Positions 28,021 through 37,615 of a stretch of 47,072 bases of DNA are shown here, in pieces. A program made the translations under genes and the position numbers. Origin of the DNA: Candidatus Heimdallarchaeota archaeon (GTDB lineage: Archaea; Asgardarchaeota; Heimdallarchaeia; Heimdallarchaeales; Heimdallarchaeaceae). Position 1 is the stretch's first letter, and the number at the start of each line of letters is the position of its first letter. The notes under the pieces are model-generated. The model saw nothing but the letters and a program-made list of their open reading frames with translations. It made no database searches and had not been told where the DNA came from. Location: positions 1 to 47,072 of the forward strand of contig DXJF01000107.1 of assembly GCA_019057375.1 (NCBI GenBank). The letters run 5' to 3'.

Positions 28021-28115
28021 AAAAAAACCTTTGAGCATCATAACCTCAGAATAGAAGAGACATAATCAAAGGATGTGAATCCTGGTTTTAAGCCCCTAAT
28101 TACCAGCACATAATA
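28021..28115 (-). ncRNA. Candidate small structured RNA (two hairpins, K-loop-like motif, U7 end)
   Basis: Minus strand: TGTG-CTGGT..ACCAG-(gatt)-CACA, then CCTTTGA..TCAAAGG enclosing CTGA-ggtt-ATGATG, then T7. No long ORF seen in the surrounding 580-bp gap. Confidence 0.3.
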
Positions 28116-28366
28116 GTTTTATGAAAATTCCTACAACTAGAGGTTTAACAGAGTCTTTCTCCAAAATATTTTACTAGCATTTTATCTAGTTTATTAAAAA
28201 CAAATAAATTTTCTTTTGACTCACAGACACATCTAATAGATTAAAGAAAAAGTTAATTTAATCCAATTATGGAATGCAAAATTTACGAATATTGTCGGAA
28301 AACACATTGATTAAAAGAAAACACAATTATTTAGACACAGGATAAGGCAAAAGAAGGGATATTTAA

Positions 28367-29857
28367 CTAAACATCGCTCCAATTCATTGAGCGTTCTAAA
28401 GCTTTTTTCCATGTCTGAAGCAATGAGATTCTTTCATTTTGGTTCATATTAGGTTTGAATTCCTTTTCCAACTGAAAATTTTGACTAATATCATCAAGAC
28501 TAGTCCAGTAATTAACTGCTAAACCAGCTAAATATGCAGCCCCGAGAGCTGTTGTTTCGTTTACAACGGGTTTTTGAACAGCAACATTGGAAATGTTAGA
28601 TTGAAATTGTAATAATGGGAAATTTTTAGTTACTCCCCCATCTACTCTAAGCACATTTATGGATAATCCTGAGTCTTTTTTCATCAGCTCAAAAATATCT
28701 TCTGACTGATAGCAAATTGATTCCATGGCAGCTCTTATTAAATGGTCTCGAGTAGTACCTCTTGTTAAACCAATGATCATTCCACGAGCATATGCATCCC
28801 AGTGTGGTGCTCCTAATCCAACAAAAGCAGGAACAAAGAAAACACCTTCTGTATTTGTTAGCTCATTCATAATTCTCTCAAGGTCCGATTTATTTTCTAA
28901 GATCTTAATTCCTTCTTCTAACCATTGAATGACGGCTCCAGTGATGAAAACGCTACCTTCAAGAGCATATTGAATATCTGAATCTATTTTCCAAGCTATT
29001 GTCGTTAATAATCCACTCTCTGACTTAACTGGTTTTGATCCAGTATTCAGTAACATGAAGTTGCCTGTTCCATAGGTATTCTTAATAGAACCTTCCTTAA
29101 AACAAGTTTGACCGAACAGAGCTGCTTGTTGATCACCTGCAACTCCAGAAATTGGGATTGAGTTTTCAAATATTCCGTCCTTTGAATAACCATAAATTTC
29201 CTTATCACTGCTTGGTCTAACCTCTGGTAAAATATGCAAAGGAATATCTAAAACGTCTAGAAGCTCTTCGCTCCAAAGACCTTTATGAATATCGAATAAT
29301 AGAGTTCTTGATGCGTTTGAATAGTCTGTTAAATTCTTACCAGTTAGGTTCCATATTAACCAACTATCAATTGTTCCTACTGCAAGATCTCCGAATTTTA
29401 ATGCATCTTGAACTTTGGAGGAATTATCTATTAACCATTTAATTTTGGTACCAGAAAAGTATGGATCCAGAACCAGACCAGTTGTACTGTTAAACAGAGC
29501 TGAATATCCATCTTCTTTTAGTTGAGAGCACATATCAGCAGTTCTTCTACACTGCCAAACAATAGCTTTATGCAAAGGTAAACCTGTACTTGTGTTCCAT
29601 GCTACGACAGTTTCTCTTTGATTCGATATTCCAATCGAGCATATCGCTTCAGATGTTATCTTTGCATTATCTAGAGCATTTCTCATAACTATCTTTGTTT
29701 TTTCCCAGATCTCTGTAGGATGATGTTCAACCCAGCCTGGTTTCGGATAAAATTGTTCATGCTCAACATAGTCTTTAGCTATCTCTTCACCACGTTTGTT
29801 GAAAATCATAGCTCTAGTACCAGTTGTACCTTGATCAATGCTCAGAACAAATTTCAT
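28367..29857 (-). CDS. glpK: Glycerol kinase
   Basis: IDQGTTGTR, YPKPGWVEH, ISNQRETVVAW, AIVWQCRRT, LDPYFSGTK, TDYSNASRT, GDQQAALFGQ, KNTYGTG, YALEGS, VDGG, ETTALGAA. Confidence 0.98.
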   Translation of the reverse strand: MKFVLSIDQGTTGTRAMIFNKRGEEIAKDYVEHEQFYPKPGWVEHHPTEIWEKTKIVMRNALDNAKITSEAICSIGISNQRETVVAWNTSTGLPLHKAIVWQCRRTADMCSQLKEDGYSALFNSTTGLVLDPYFSGTKIKWLIDNSSKVQDALKFGDLAVGTIDSWLIWNLTGKNLTDYSNASRTLLFDIHKGLWSEELLDVLDIPLHILPEVRPSSDKEIYGYSKDGIFENSIPISGVAGDQQAALFGQTCFKEGSIKNTYGTGNFMLLNTGSKPVKSESGLLTTIAWKIDSDIQYALEGSVFITGAVIQWLEEGIKILENKSDLERIMNELTNTEGVFFVPAFVGLGAPHWDAYARGMIIGLTRGTTRDHLIRAAMESICYQSEDIFELMKKDSGLSINVLRVDGGVTKNFPLLQFQSNISNVAVQKPVVNETTALGAAYLAGLAVNYWTSLDDISQNFQLEKEFKPNMNQNERISLLQTWKKALERSMNWSDV

Positions 29858-29899
29858 AATTTTAAACATGGACTGGACTTAAAAATTTTTTTAGGTAAA

Positions 29900-31147
29900 T
29901 CAGTCAATTGATTTTTCTATTTGCTTAGCAGTTGGGACTTTCTTATCTGTTAAATCTTTTTTTCCTTCCTTCTTTAGAGTTTCAGTTCCTTGAGTCGAAT
30001 AATATCTACCTTTCCATGAGACTTTCTTACCTCGTAGACCTGCATAAATGGCTACTCCGATTACAATAAAATTAGCTAATTGTGTAATTGGGAAGAACAA
30101 AGCTATATACCACTTAGTATCTCCTCTCTTGTTCCAGTAGAAGTAAATAGTTGCAGCATAAGCTAGATACAATCCTGTATTAACAATAATTCCAATTGTA
30201 TAATCCCAGATAAAATAAGGTCCATTACTGAAGTATGATAGTATCATGAATGTTGGAGCTAATACGAAATAGATCAACCACAGAATCATAAAGAAGATTC
30301 TCCAAGGAGTTAGAGTTACAATACCTCCCCATATAGCTCTTCTAAAGGCTCTGAAATACTGACCAAAGCCATCAGGATACATTCTGGTTTGAACTAATTT
30401 GGTACCGTCAGTATAGCTTAATCCTAATTCTTTTTCTTTAACCAGTTTAGCTAGAGCAACGTCTTCAACTAAAGAACTACTTACCGCTGTATGTCCACCT
30501 AGTTCCTCATATCCCTCTTTTGTGAATAACATGTATTGACCAGAAGCAATAAAAGAATTTTTATTATATCTATTGTTTACATCATCTCTAGGGCCACCAC
30601 AAAGGAAACTAAGGAAATACAAATAGCTTGGAAAGAATTCATAAAATCTATAAGCTTCTAAATAAGGTAACATTGAAAACAACGCAACGTCAGAGCCTAA
30701 TAGATGGGAGACGGTGATTTTAAGAGATTCTGGTGAGTGTTTGGTATCAGCATCTGTGAATAAGATCACATCACCTTTTGCTTCTGCATACCCTACATGA
30801 CAACCGTATGATTTACCAATCCATCCTGTTGGTAGGTTTTCATCTACTAAAACCTTAACTCCATAAGTTTCTGCTATTTCAACAGTTTTATCTTTTGACC
30901 CACCATCGACAACAATGATTTCATAATTAGGGTAATCAAGTTTAGTAACACTTCCTAGGCATTTTGAAATGTTATTTTCCTCTTCTAATGTTGGAACGAT
31001 AATTGATACAAGTGGCAACTCATCATCCTTTAACTCTAGAATCTGCCAACCATTCCTACTGTTTTGGACTAATACAAAGAAGTAAACAAAACAGACAATC
31101 ACCAAGAATAGATATAGCGATTCAATTACCCAATGCACCTTTGTCAC
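29900..31147 (-). CDS. GT2 glycosyltransferase (HpnB/CrtQ-like, lipid acceptor type), copy 2
   Basis: N-terminal TM, VSIIVPTLEEE, VDGGSKDKT, LPTGWIGK, FTDAD, SGQYM, VEDVALA, TRMY, C-terminal TMs, WKGR. Confidence 0.9.
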   Translation of the reverse strand: MTKVHWVIESLYLFLVIVCFVYFFVLVQNSRNGWQILELKDDELPLVSIIVPTLEEENNISKCLGSVTKLDYPNYEIIVVDGGSKDKTVEIAETYGVKVLVDENLPTGWIGKSYGCHVGYAEAKGDVILFTDADTKHSPESLKITVSHLLGSDVALFSMLPYLEAYRFYEFFPSYLYFLSFLCGGPRDDVNNRYNKNSFIASGQYMLFTKEGYEELGGHTAVSSSLVEDVALAKLVKEKELGLSYTDGTKLVQTRMYPDGFGQYFRAFRRAIWGGIVTLTPWRIFFMILWLIYFVLAPTFMILSYFSNGPYFIWDYTIGIIVNTGLYLAYAATIYFYWNKRGDTKWYIALFFPITQLANFIVIGVAIYAGLRGKKVSWKGRYYSTQGTETLKKEGKKDLTDKKVPTAKQIEKSID

Positions 31148-31246
31148 CCAACATCAGTGGTTGCGTTATAATTTAAACAGCTTATTTAAATATTTTATTG
31201 ACAGAGAATAAACGAATATGATGGAATTCGAGAATCTTAGAAATAT

Positions 31247-32413
31247 TCATTTTGAAGAACTCTTTTTAGAATCATAATATCTGTTTTTCCAAGAGAATTT
31301 GATCCCTCTGAAACCATAATAGAAGGACACTAGGATGATTATTAGATTTATGAGCATTGTTATAGGATAAAATAAGAAAATGATGAAATTCCAGCTACCT
31401 TTCTTTCTCCAGTATATAGAGAGAATTGTGGCATAAAGAAGATATAAGACTACATTGACGATTATTCCTATAGTATAATTCCACCACAACCAATTGTCGA
31501 GGATTAGTAAATATCGGATTAAGAAATAAGGAGAAACAAGCATATAGATTATCCAAAAGATAACGAACATTAGTCTAAATTTACTTAATAGCCAAAAACC
31601 TTCATAAATTGTTTTTCTAAACCCTTTAAAGAAATCTGAAAATCCATTAGGATACATACGAGTTGAAACGAGAGATGTTGAATCTTTAAAGTTTAATCTC
31701 ATTTCTTTATCTTTACACAATCGAGCTAATGCTAAATCTTCAACTAAAGATTTACTTACAGCTGCGTGACCACCAATTTTGTTATAGCTTTCCCGTGTAA
31801 ATAGCATATATTGACCGCTTGCCATTACTGAATCCTTTGCATATGGATTATTGATATTGTTAATTGGTCCTCCTCCTAAGAAGCTCAAAAAGTAGAAGAA
31901 ACTGAGAAGGTATTCATACCAACGTTTTGCTTTCTGGTAGGGAAATAATGAAAACAAATCACTCTCAGTTGCTAATAGATGGTTAACCGTTGTTCTTAAT
32001 GATTGAGGAGAATGATTTGTATCTGCATCTGTAAATAGGAGTACATCCCCCTTTGTTTCTTTATACGCAATCTGACATCCATATGATTTACCAATCCATC
32101 CTTGTGGGAGATGAGAATCAATAATGACTTTAACTGAAAACTTCTTTGCTATTTCTACGGTTCTGTCTTGAGAACCACCATCAGACACAATAATTTCCTT
32201 TCTAGGATAGTCTAATTTTAACAAACTTTCAAGGCAACGTTCGATGTTATTTTCCTCTTCTAACGTAGGTACTATTATACTCACTAGTGGAAGATCATCA
32301 TCATTAATCTCAATTGTTTGCCAACCATTCTTACTATTTTGGACTAAAACAATGAAGTATACTACGCAGGCTATTACTAAAAAAAGATAAAGAGATTCTA
32401 ATACAAAAACCAT
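31247..32413 (-). CDS. GT2 glycosyltransferase (HpnB/CrtQ-like), copy 1
   Basis: Same motif set (LPQGWIGKSYGC, FTDAD, SGQYM, VEDLALA, TRMY, WKNR). Tandem paralog of 29900-31147. Confidence 0.9.
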   Translation of the reverse strand: MVFVLESLYLFLVIACVVYFIVLVQNSKNGWQTIEINDDDLPLVSIIVPTLEEENNIERCLESLLKLDYPRKEIIVSDGGSQDRTVEIAKKFSVKVIIDSHLPQGWIGKSYGCQIAYKETKGDVLLFTDADTNHSPQSLRTTVNHLLATESDLFSLFPYQKAKRWYEYLLSFFYFLSFLGGGPINNINNPYAKDSVMASGQYMLFTRESYNKIGGHAAVSKSLVEDLALARLCKDKEMRLNFKDSTSLVSTRMYPNGFSDFFKGFRKTIYEGFWLLSKFRLMFVIFWIIYMLVSPYFLIRYLLILDNWLWWNYTIGIIVNVVLYLLYATILSIYWRKKGSWNFIIFLFYPITMLINLIIILVSFYYGFRGIKFSWKNRYYDSKKSSSK

Positions 32414-32537
32414 TATAGTACACTTCTGATAAAGATGCTTCCAGCTTGTTTATAATTATTTTTCATTGAGAAAAAGTGATAGTTTGGAAATAAGTTTTCA
32501 TTAAAATGGAAATAACTAAAATAAAAAAGAAAGAAAA

Positions 32538-33515
32538 TTAAGTTGTTTGAATAGGACCTTCTGGAGTCATATAAACTGTGTGCTCGTGCTGACTCACAAA
32601 TGAACCTGCAGTATCAGCAAGTACATGATATTGATAAAGTGCTCCTGCTTGAATTAGTTCTCTGATCCCCATTTTAGCTCTTGCTGTACCTATTTCTTTA
32701 TAGATCCATCGTGTAGCTACTGGTAGTCTGAAATATTCTTTATCCAATAATCTCCTTACTTGTTTAGCTGCATCGGTTCTTAATGGAAACCTTCCTTCTG
32801 CTAATCGAACAATGTTTAATTTTGTACGATCTTGATGAGAATCACCTGATCCTGTGGTTGCGAATGTTTCTATAGCAAAGGCTTCATCCTGTAGAACTAG
32901 ATTTCCCTTTCTACCAGATACATTAGGAATTGTTTTAGGTCCATGAACTCTATAAGGCATCAGAAGGTGACCAGAAAGGTCTTTAACAGTTGTAAAACCA
33001 TATCCGGCAATTATGTTCTCAATTAAATCACCAAGTTTGCCAGTATAACCACCAACACGAATTACTTTTACTGCTGTTTCAGTGGCTTCTTTGCTGGCTT
33101 TAATTAGATCCTTATGAACATCATCAAAAGCTACAGTAAATGCGGTATCGGCAATAAAACCGTCATGATGAACACCAACATCAAGCTTTACAACATCACC
33201 TTCTTTGATAATTAATTCATCTTCCCAAGTACAGGCGTAGTGGGCTGCATGATTATTTATAGCAACATTCAGAGGAAATGCGGGTTTCATACCTGCATCA
33301 GCAATCATCTTATCAGCTGTTTCACACAAATCTAAAGCCTTAATCCCAGGTTTAACCATTTCATTTAGTTTATGCAAAATGCTTTTTGCGACTTCTCCAG
33401 CCTTTTTATATTTATCTAGTGGAGTTTCTTCCTTAACTTCTTCTATTTCTTCCTCGACTTTTTCAGGAGTTTCTTTTTTGACTTCCTTTTTAGTCTTTTT
33501 TTCTTCACTAGCCAT
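32538..33515 (-). CDS. map: Methionine aminopeptidase type 2 with a charged N-terminal extension
   Basis: AFPLNVAIN..AAHY, VKLDVGVHHDGFIADTA, LSGH, AIETF, type-2 helical insert, QHEHT. Confidence 0.96.
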   Translation of the reverse strand: MASEEKKTKKEVKKETPEKVEEEIEEVKEETPLDKYKKAGEVAKSILHKLNEMVKPGIKALDLCETADKMIADAGMKPAFPLNVAINNHAAHYACTWEDELIIKEGDVVKLDVGVHHDGFIADTAFTVAFDDVHKDLIKASKEATETAVKVIRVGGYTGKLGDLIENIIAGYGFTTVKDLSGHLLMPYRVHGPKTIPNVSGRKGNLVLQDEAFAIETFATTGSGDSHQDRTKLNIVRLAEGRFPLRTDAAKQVRRLLDKEYFRLPVATRWIYKEIGTARAKMGIRELIQAGALYQYHVLADTAGSFVSQHEHTVYMTPEGPIQTT

Positions 33516-33622
33516 TAATTTCACCAGAATTGAAAAATATTCTAATTCTGTCTTTATAACTCTGACGCTTTATTCACTTTATGTGTAAAAAAGAAAGAAA
33601 AAGAAGAAGATGCATTATCCAG

Positions 33623-35419
33623 TTATGAAATTGGAAAACCATAAAATATACATACAATTGCAGCTATGAATAGTACCCCAGCGATTATCCAACTGAAAAT
33701 ATTTTTATTAGAGCTGAATTTGGTATCACCATCAAGAGTATACATCCTTTTGATCATAACCACAGGCCTTGGTGTTCTTCTATACCAGCCTTCAATTGTA
33801 ACTTGAGAACCAATTAGACGATCGACTCTAAAGAGAGCAGTAATCCATCTCATGAACCCAAATAAAGGATTATAATCCAAAGTTATAATTCCTGAAGGAT
33901 CTTGTAGTACAACATCTTCACTGAAATAGTAACCAGGTTGACCTCGACCTATTATTGTTCCTTGCAATTGAATTGGTTTTCCTCTAAATGGAGATGCCTC
34001 GGCATATCCATCATCTGATACATCAGTAACTGCACCCATTATAGATATGAGAGGTAGTTCTTCACCAAGTCGAGGAAATTTGATTCTTGTTCTCCAAACC
34101 CATAATAATGCAGCTAATGCGAAACCAGATCCAACACCAATCCACATCCAGCTAGAAGTGAAACCAGGGAGTCCAAATGCATAGAAAATTGCAATAATTC
34201 CAGGTAAGATAAAAACCAAAGCTGGGGCAATATACATCAAGAAGAGATCAATTAGAAATTCATCCCATAATGATTCCCTTATTTGATCAGCACCTAAATC
34301 TGGAAATGCTCTTTTCATATTCATTTCTTCAGCTAAATCATCAAGAGCTAGTAATCTTTTGGCAGCAAGTGGATGAGTAGACTGAAGTTCTAAGAAACCA
34401 CCCCAAGGACTTTCTAAATCCCATGCTGCAGCTTTTACAACCATTTCTGGGTCAATATCACCAACTTGAGATTGAGCATAAGCGGTCATTACTAAACCCT
34501 TAGCTGCATTAATATCAAAGATGTTTAATGATCTTGTAGCATTAGTAAAACCATATCTTCTATAAGCTCTGGTTCTAACTCTTCTATCAACTTTTTTATC
34601 ATTCATAGTCTGTGCATATTGAGCTTGAGATTGTACCATACCATAGGCAATCTTTACCAGTGCAGTTGAAAGTGCAGCAGGATTTCTGGTTTCTTGTCCG
34701 GAAAATCTATCTGCGTAATATTCCCTAACTCTACTTAGAAACATAACTAGAAACTGACTGATTATATAAAACAGATAAGAAACAACCATGGTTACTATTG
34801 CAGCTGCAGCAATACCAGCAGCAGCTTTATTATCATCTCCACCTGAGAGTAATCCTGCTCTCATAAAACCTCGTGAAAATATATAGAATGTATAAAGAAT
34901 CATTGGTACTGCGGCAGCAATAGTCATAAAGAGAAAATCTCGATGAGCAATATGACCTAATTCATGACCAACAACCGCTATCTGTTCTTCTGGTGTTAAA
35001 AGATTAATAATACCATCAGACAAAACAAGCCTTGCATTCTTTTTTAAACGTCCATACGTTAGAGCTGTAGGATTTTGGTCGTGTATCATTCCTACTTTTT
35101 TGATTGAAAGCTCTTGCAATTGAGACTGATCTGATATAAATTGTGCCAAATGTGGAGGTAATTGCATAGGATCAATCCATGTCATTTTATGTAACCATCT
35201 GAAACTTAAATCTAGAAGCCATGGAGAGATCAAAAACTGAATAAATATTATTGCAATTGCTATGATTATTGGTAAAAGAACTATTGAAAATGTTTTTGAG
35301 ACTAAAGTTATGTCTCCCACATAGTACGTTATTAGCATTGCTCCAATTGCAACAGCATAAACTAAACCCCAAAGGAAAGCTAAAGTTAACATTCCTCTGA
35401 AAATTATCCTGAATTTCAT
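33623..35419 (-). CDS. htpX: M48 (HtpX-like) membrane zinc metalloprotease with extra C-terminal TM and OB-like domain
   Basis: PTALTYG, AVVGHELGH (HExxH), LSRVREYYAD, L.TALVKI, STHPLAAKRL. Confidence 0.88.
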   Translation of the reverse strand: MKFRIIFRGMLTLAFLWGLVYAVAIGAMLITYYVGDITLVSKTFSIVLLPIIIAIAIIFIQFLISPWLLDLSFRWLHKMTWIDPMQLPPHLAQFISDQSQLQELSIKKVGMIHDQNPTALTYGRLKKNARLVLSDGIINLLTPEEQIAVVGHELGHIAHRDFLFMTIAAAVPMILYTFYIFSRGFMRAGLLSGGDDNKAAAGIAAAAIVTMVVSYLFYIISQFLVMFLSRVREYYADRFSGQETRNPAALSTALVKIAYGMVQSQAQYAQTMNDKKVDRRVRTRAYRRYGFTNATRSLNIFDINAAKGLVMTAYAQSQVGDIDPEMVVKAAAWDLESPWGGFLELQSTHPLAAKRLLALDDLAEEMNMKRAFPDLGADQIRESLWDEFLIDLFLMYIAPALVFILPGIIAIFYAFGLPGFTSSWMWIGVGSGFALAALLWVWRTRIKFPRLGEELPLISIMGAVTDVSDDGYAEASPFRGKPIQLQGTIIGRGQPGYYFSEDVVLQDPSGIITLDYNPLFGFMRWITALFRVDRLIGSQVTIEGWYRRTPRPVVMIKRMYTLDGDTKFSSNKNIFSWIIAGVLFIAAIVCIFYGFPIS

Positions 35420-35470
35420 AGTATCATGGTACTGTATAACACACTAGTATATATTGCTTTATTTTTGAAT

Positions 35471-35508
35471 AAAAAAAGTAAGAAAGAAACTAGTCATTTT
35501 TCTTTCTT
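35471..35508 (-). terminator. Hairpin + U-tract between HAD and htpX
   Basis: 10-bp inverted repeat AAGAAAGAAA (35480-35489)/TTTCTTTCTT (35499-35508), followed on the minus strand by T7. Low complexity, so it may be chance. Confidence 0.3.
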
Positions 35509-35553
35509 CTATAATTTTGTGATAATATATCTCTTTCAACAGAAGGATAGAAA

Positions 35554-36219
35554 TTACTTAAGTTTCTCAACAATTGGGATTAAATCTTTCATGAATTCAA
35601 CAGTATAATCTGGTTTGATTACTTTTCTTCTTGTTCCAGGAGCTCCTTTTGAGCCAAAATAAATAAATTTGACTTTTGCATTTACGGCAGTTTCGGCATC
35701 TATCCAGCTGTCCCCCACAAAAACTACATTGTTATTCTGAGCGGAAAATCTTTTCATCGTTGTTTCCAGACCTTCCGGATGAGGTTTAGTATTTTTTACT
35801 TCGTCTCTTGTAAGAACAAAATCAAAATATTTCTGCAATTTAAATTTCTCAAGACCATAATTTGTTAAATTTCTGGAATTATTTGTAAAAATAGTTAATG
35901 TATACTCTTTCGCCTTAAGGAATTCAAGAGTCTCATAAACATCATCATCGACTCTTGCATCTTCATATCCTTCTTTCTCGCTTTTTTCTATTATTCCCCA
36001 AGCCTGTTTCACTTTTGTATTAGTTTTATCGTTTCTTTCTATTAAATCGACCAGCTCAATAATTGATCTCGGAGAACCTACAATTTTCTCATAGTGATTT
36101 TTACTTACAGTATCTTTCAAAATTTCCCATATTTTCTGCCTTGTACCAAAATAATCAATATTTGATTGAATTATTGTTCCATCCATATCAAAAACAACTA
36201 AAGGAAGTAATTTCACCAT
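35554..36219 (-). CDS. HAD-family hydrolase (phosphoglycolate-phosphatase-like)
   Basis: FDMDGT, FTNN, KPHPEG, VGDSWID. Start is ATG 36219 or GTG 36228. Confidence 0.9.
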   Translation of the reverse strand: MVKLLPLVVFDMDGTIIQSNIDYFGTRQKIWEILKDTVSKNHYEKIVGSPRSIIELVDLIERNDKTNTKVKQAWGIIEKSEKEGYEDARVDDDVYETLEFLKAKEYTLTIFTNNSRNLTNYGLEKFKLQKYFDFVLTRDEVKNTKPHPEGLETTMKRFSAQNNNVVFVGDSWIDAETAVNAKVKFIYFGSKGAPGTRRKVIKPDYTVEFMKDLIPIVEKLK

Positions 36220-36335
36220 TTTTATCACTAAGAGAGTTAATTTGGTATTTTTCTTCCTATTTTTATCTCTTTTTACACGAACAAAACAATAGTTACTTTT
36301 TTATTTTTGTGTTTTATTATTATTTTGGTGTTCCT

Positions 36336-37562
36336 TTGAGTACAAAGAGTCTTGAATTCCAATTTTTACATTATGAACCTGTTTATTCAAATCTAAAAAC
36401 ATCATATAACGAATATTCTAAACTGTATAATGAATTTAAAAAAGCAGGAGAAGATAATGTTGCATTCAAAGTTTTATCATATTATTATGCTGGAATGCTT
36501 TATGTTGTTAAAGGAGATGAATTATTCAGTAAGGATAAGAAAGCTGATGCTCAAAAAAACTATGAAGAATCACTGAAGTTGCTAATAAGAGCAAAAGCTT
36601 CTAGAGGGAGAGAAGGAGATAGAATTTTTGATGAGATGGTTAAATGGATAAATTATGCTGAGGGAATGTGTCGAATTTGCATTTCATTTCTTGAACAAAG
36701 CATAGAAAGTCAAATTCAAGCAGCAAAAGAAGCAATTGGTTTCTTTGAAAAATTTACAGAAAATCGCAAAAGTGACGATAATCAAATTGATGTGAGTGTT
36801 TCAAATTCAAGAATAAGTTATGCCAAATATCTCTATGAGTTAAAGCTTTCTGAATCAATTACAGATAATACAAAAGAGTCAAAGAAACACCTTCTTTATG
36901 CAAGAACAGAATTAATGAAAGCCAACTTTTTATTTAAATCACTTGATGAAGAAATGGAAGATATGCAAAACAAGATAGATGAGATAACTAAATCACATAT
37001 AATAGGGAGAGCTGAATTGTTTTGGGATCAAGGGACAGAGAATATAATCATAAGTAACTTCAATGAAGCTTTAAGGTTTTTTGCAATAGCGTCCAAATAT
37101 TATTCTAGAGCAAGTGTAATTTGCTCTAATTTTATGGAACAACGTCTGTATCTAGCTTTATCTCGAATCACTCAAGCTAGTCAACTTGAATCTGAAGCTA
37201 ATGAGCTCTATAAAAGAAGAGATAATCCAATAGATGCAAGTAATAAGTTTAAAGAAGCAGTTGAATCAGTAGATATTGCTTTAGGTCTTTTATCAAGTAT
37301 CAAAAGCGAATCACTTATCAAAAACATGACTGCTCAACGATCTTTCTATGAAGCATTGGCTTCAGAAACAGAGGGAATTGCTCTTTTTGATCAAGAACAA
37401 TTCAAAGATGCGTTATCAAAATTTGAGGAAGCTATGAAAAGGCTTGAAGAGACTCACATAAGTGCTTCAGAGGGTAATCTTGAACAACTATTAGAGTTTG
37501 TTAGAACTGCAAAAAGTGAAGTTGAAGGATACATTTCAATGGCTCAAGCAATGTCCACATAG
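36336..37562 (+). CDS. All-alpha helical-repeat (TPR-like) protein
   Basis: Repeated A/G..F/Y..A...Y helical patterns. Start moved to TTG 36336 (GGTG SD 5 nt upstream) because the listed 36063 start overlaps the HAD gene. Confidence 0.65.
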   Translation: MSTKSLEFQFLHYEPVYSNLKTSYNEYSKLYNEFKKAGEDNVAFKVLSYYYAGMLYVVKGDELFSKDKKADAQKNYEESLKLLIRAKASRGREGDRIFDEMVKWINYAEGMCRICISFLEQSIESQIQAAKEAIGFFEKFTENRKSDDNQIDVSVSNSRISYAKYLYELKLSESITDNTKESKKHLLYARTELMKANFLFKSLDEEMEDMQNKIDEITKSHIIGRAELFWDQGTENIIISNFNEALRFFAIASKYYSRASVICSNFMEQRLYLALSRITQASQLESEANELYKRRDNPIDASNKFKEAVESVDIALGLLSSIKSESLIKNMTAQRSFYEALASETEGIALFDQEQFKDALSKFEEAMKRLEETHISASEGNLEQLLEFVRTAKSEVEGYISMAQAMST

Positions 37563-37571
37563 TTAGTTATC

Positions 37572-37585
37572 GAAAACTTTAAACC
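37572..37585 (+). promoter_or_regulatory. BRE/TATA for the C/D sRNA
   Basis: GAAAAC-TTTAAACC, ending ~35 nt before the C box. Confidence 0.45.
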
Positions 37586-37615
37586 AAAACCCGATTATTT
37601 TCCTATGAGGAATTA

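Noticed and set aside
27852-28207. Direct repeat GTTTATTAA(AA)ACAAATAA at 27852 and 28189, plus short AAACACA repeats near 28298-28340, as MITE ends, iterons or a CRISPR remnant
   Set aside because: Low-complexity AT-rich sequence with only two imperfect copies, irregular spacing, no terminal inverted repeats and no cas or transposase genes.
36063-36335. N-terminal 91 aa of the listed 499-aa ORF
   Set aside because: It overlaps the HAD gene on the opposite strand and its AT-rich promoter region, with F/Y/L-biased composition. TTG 36336 with an SD is the more plausible start.
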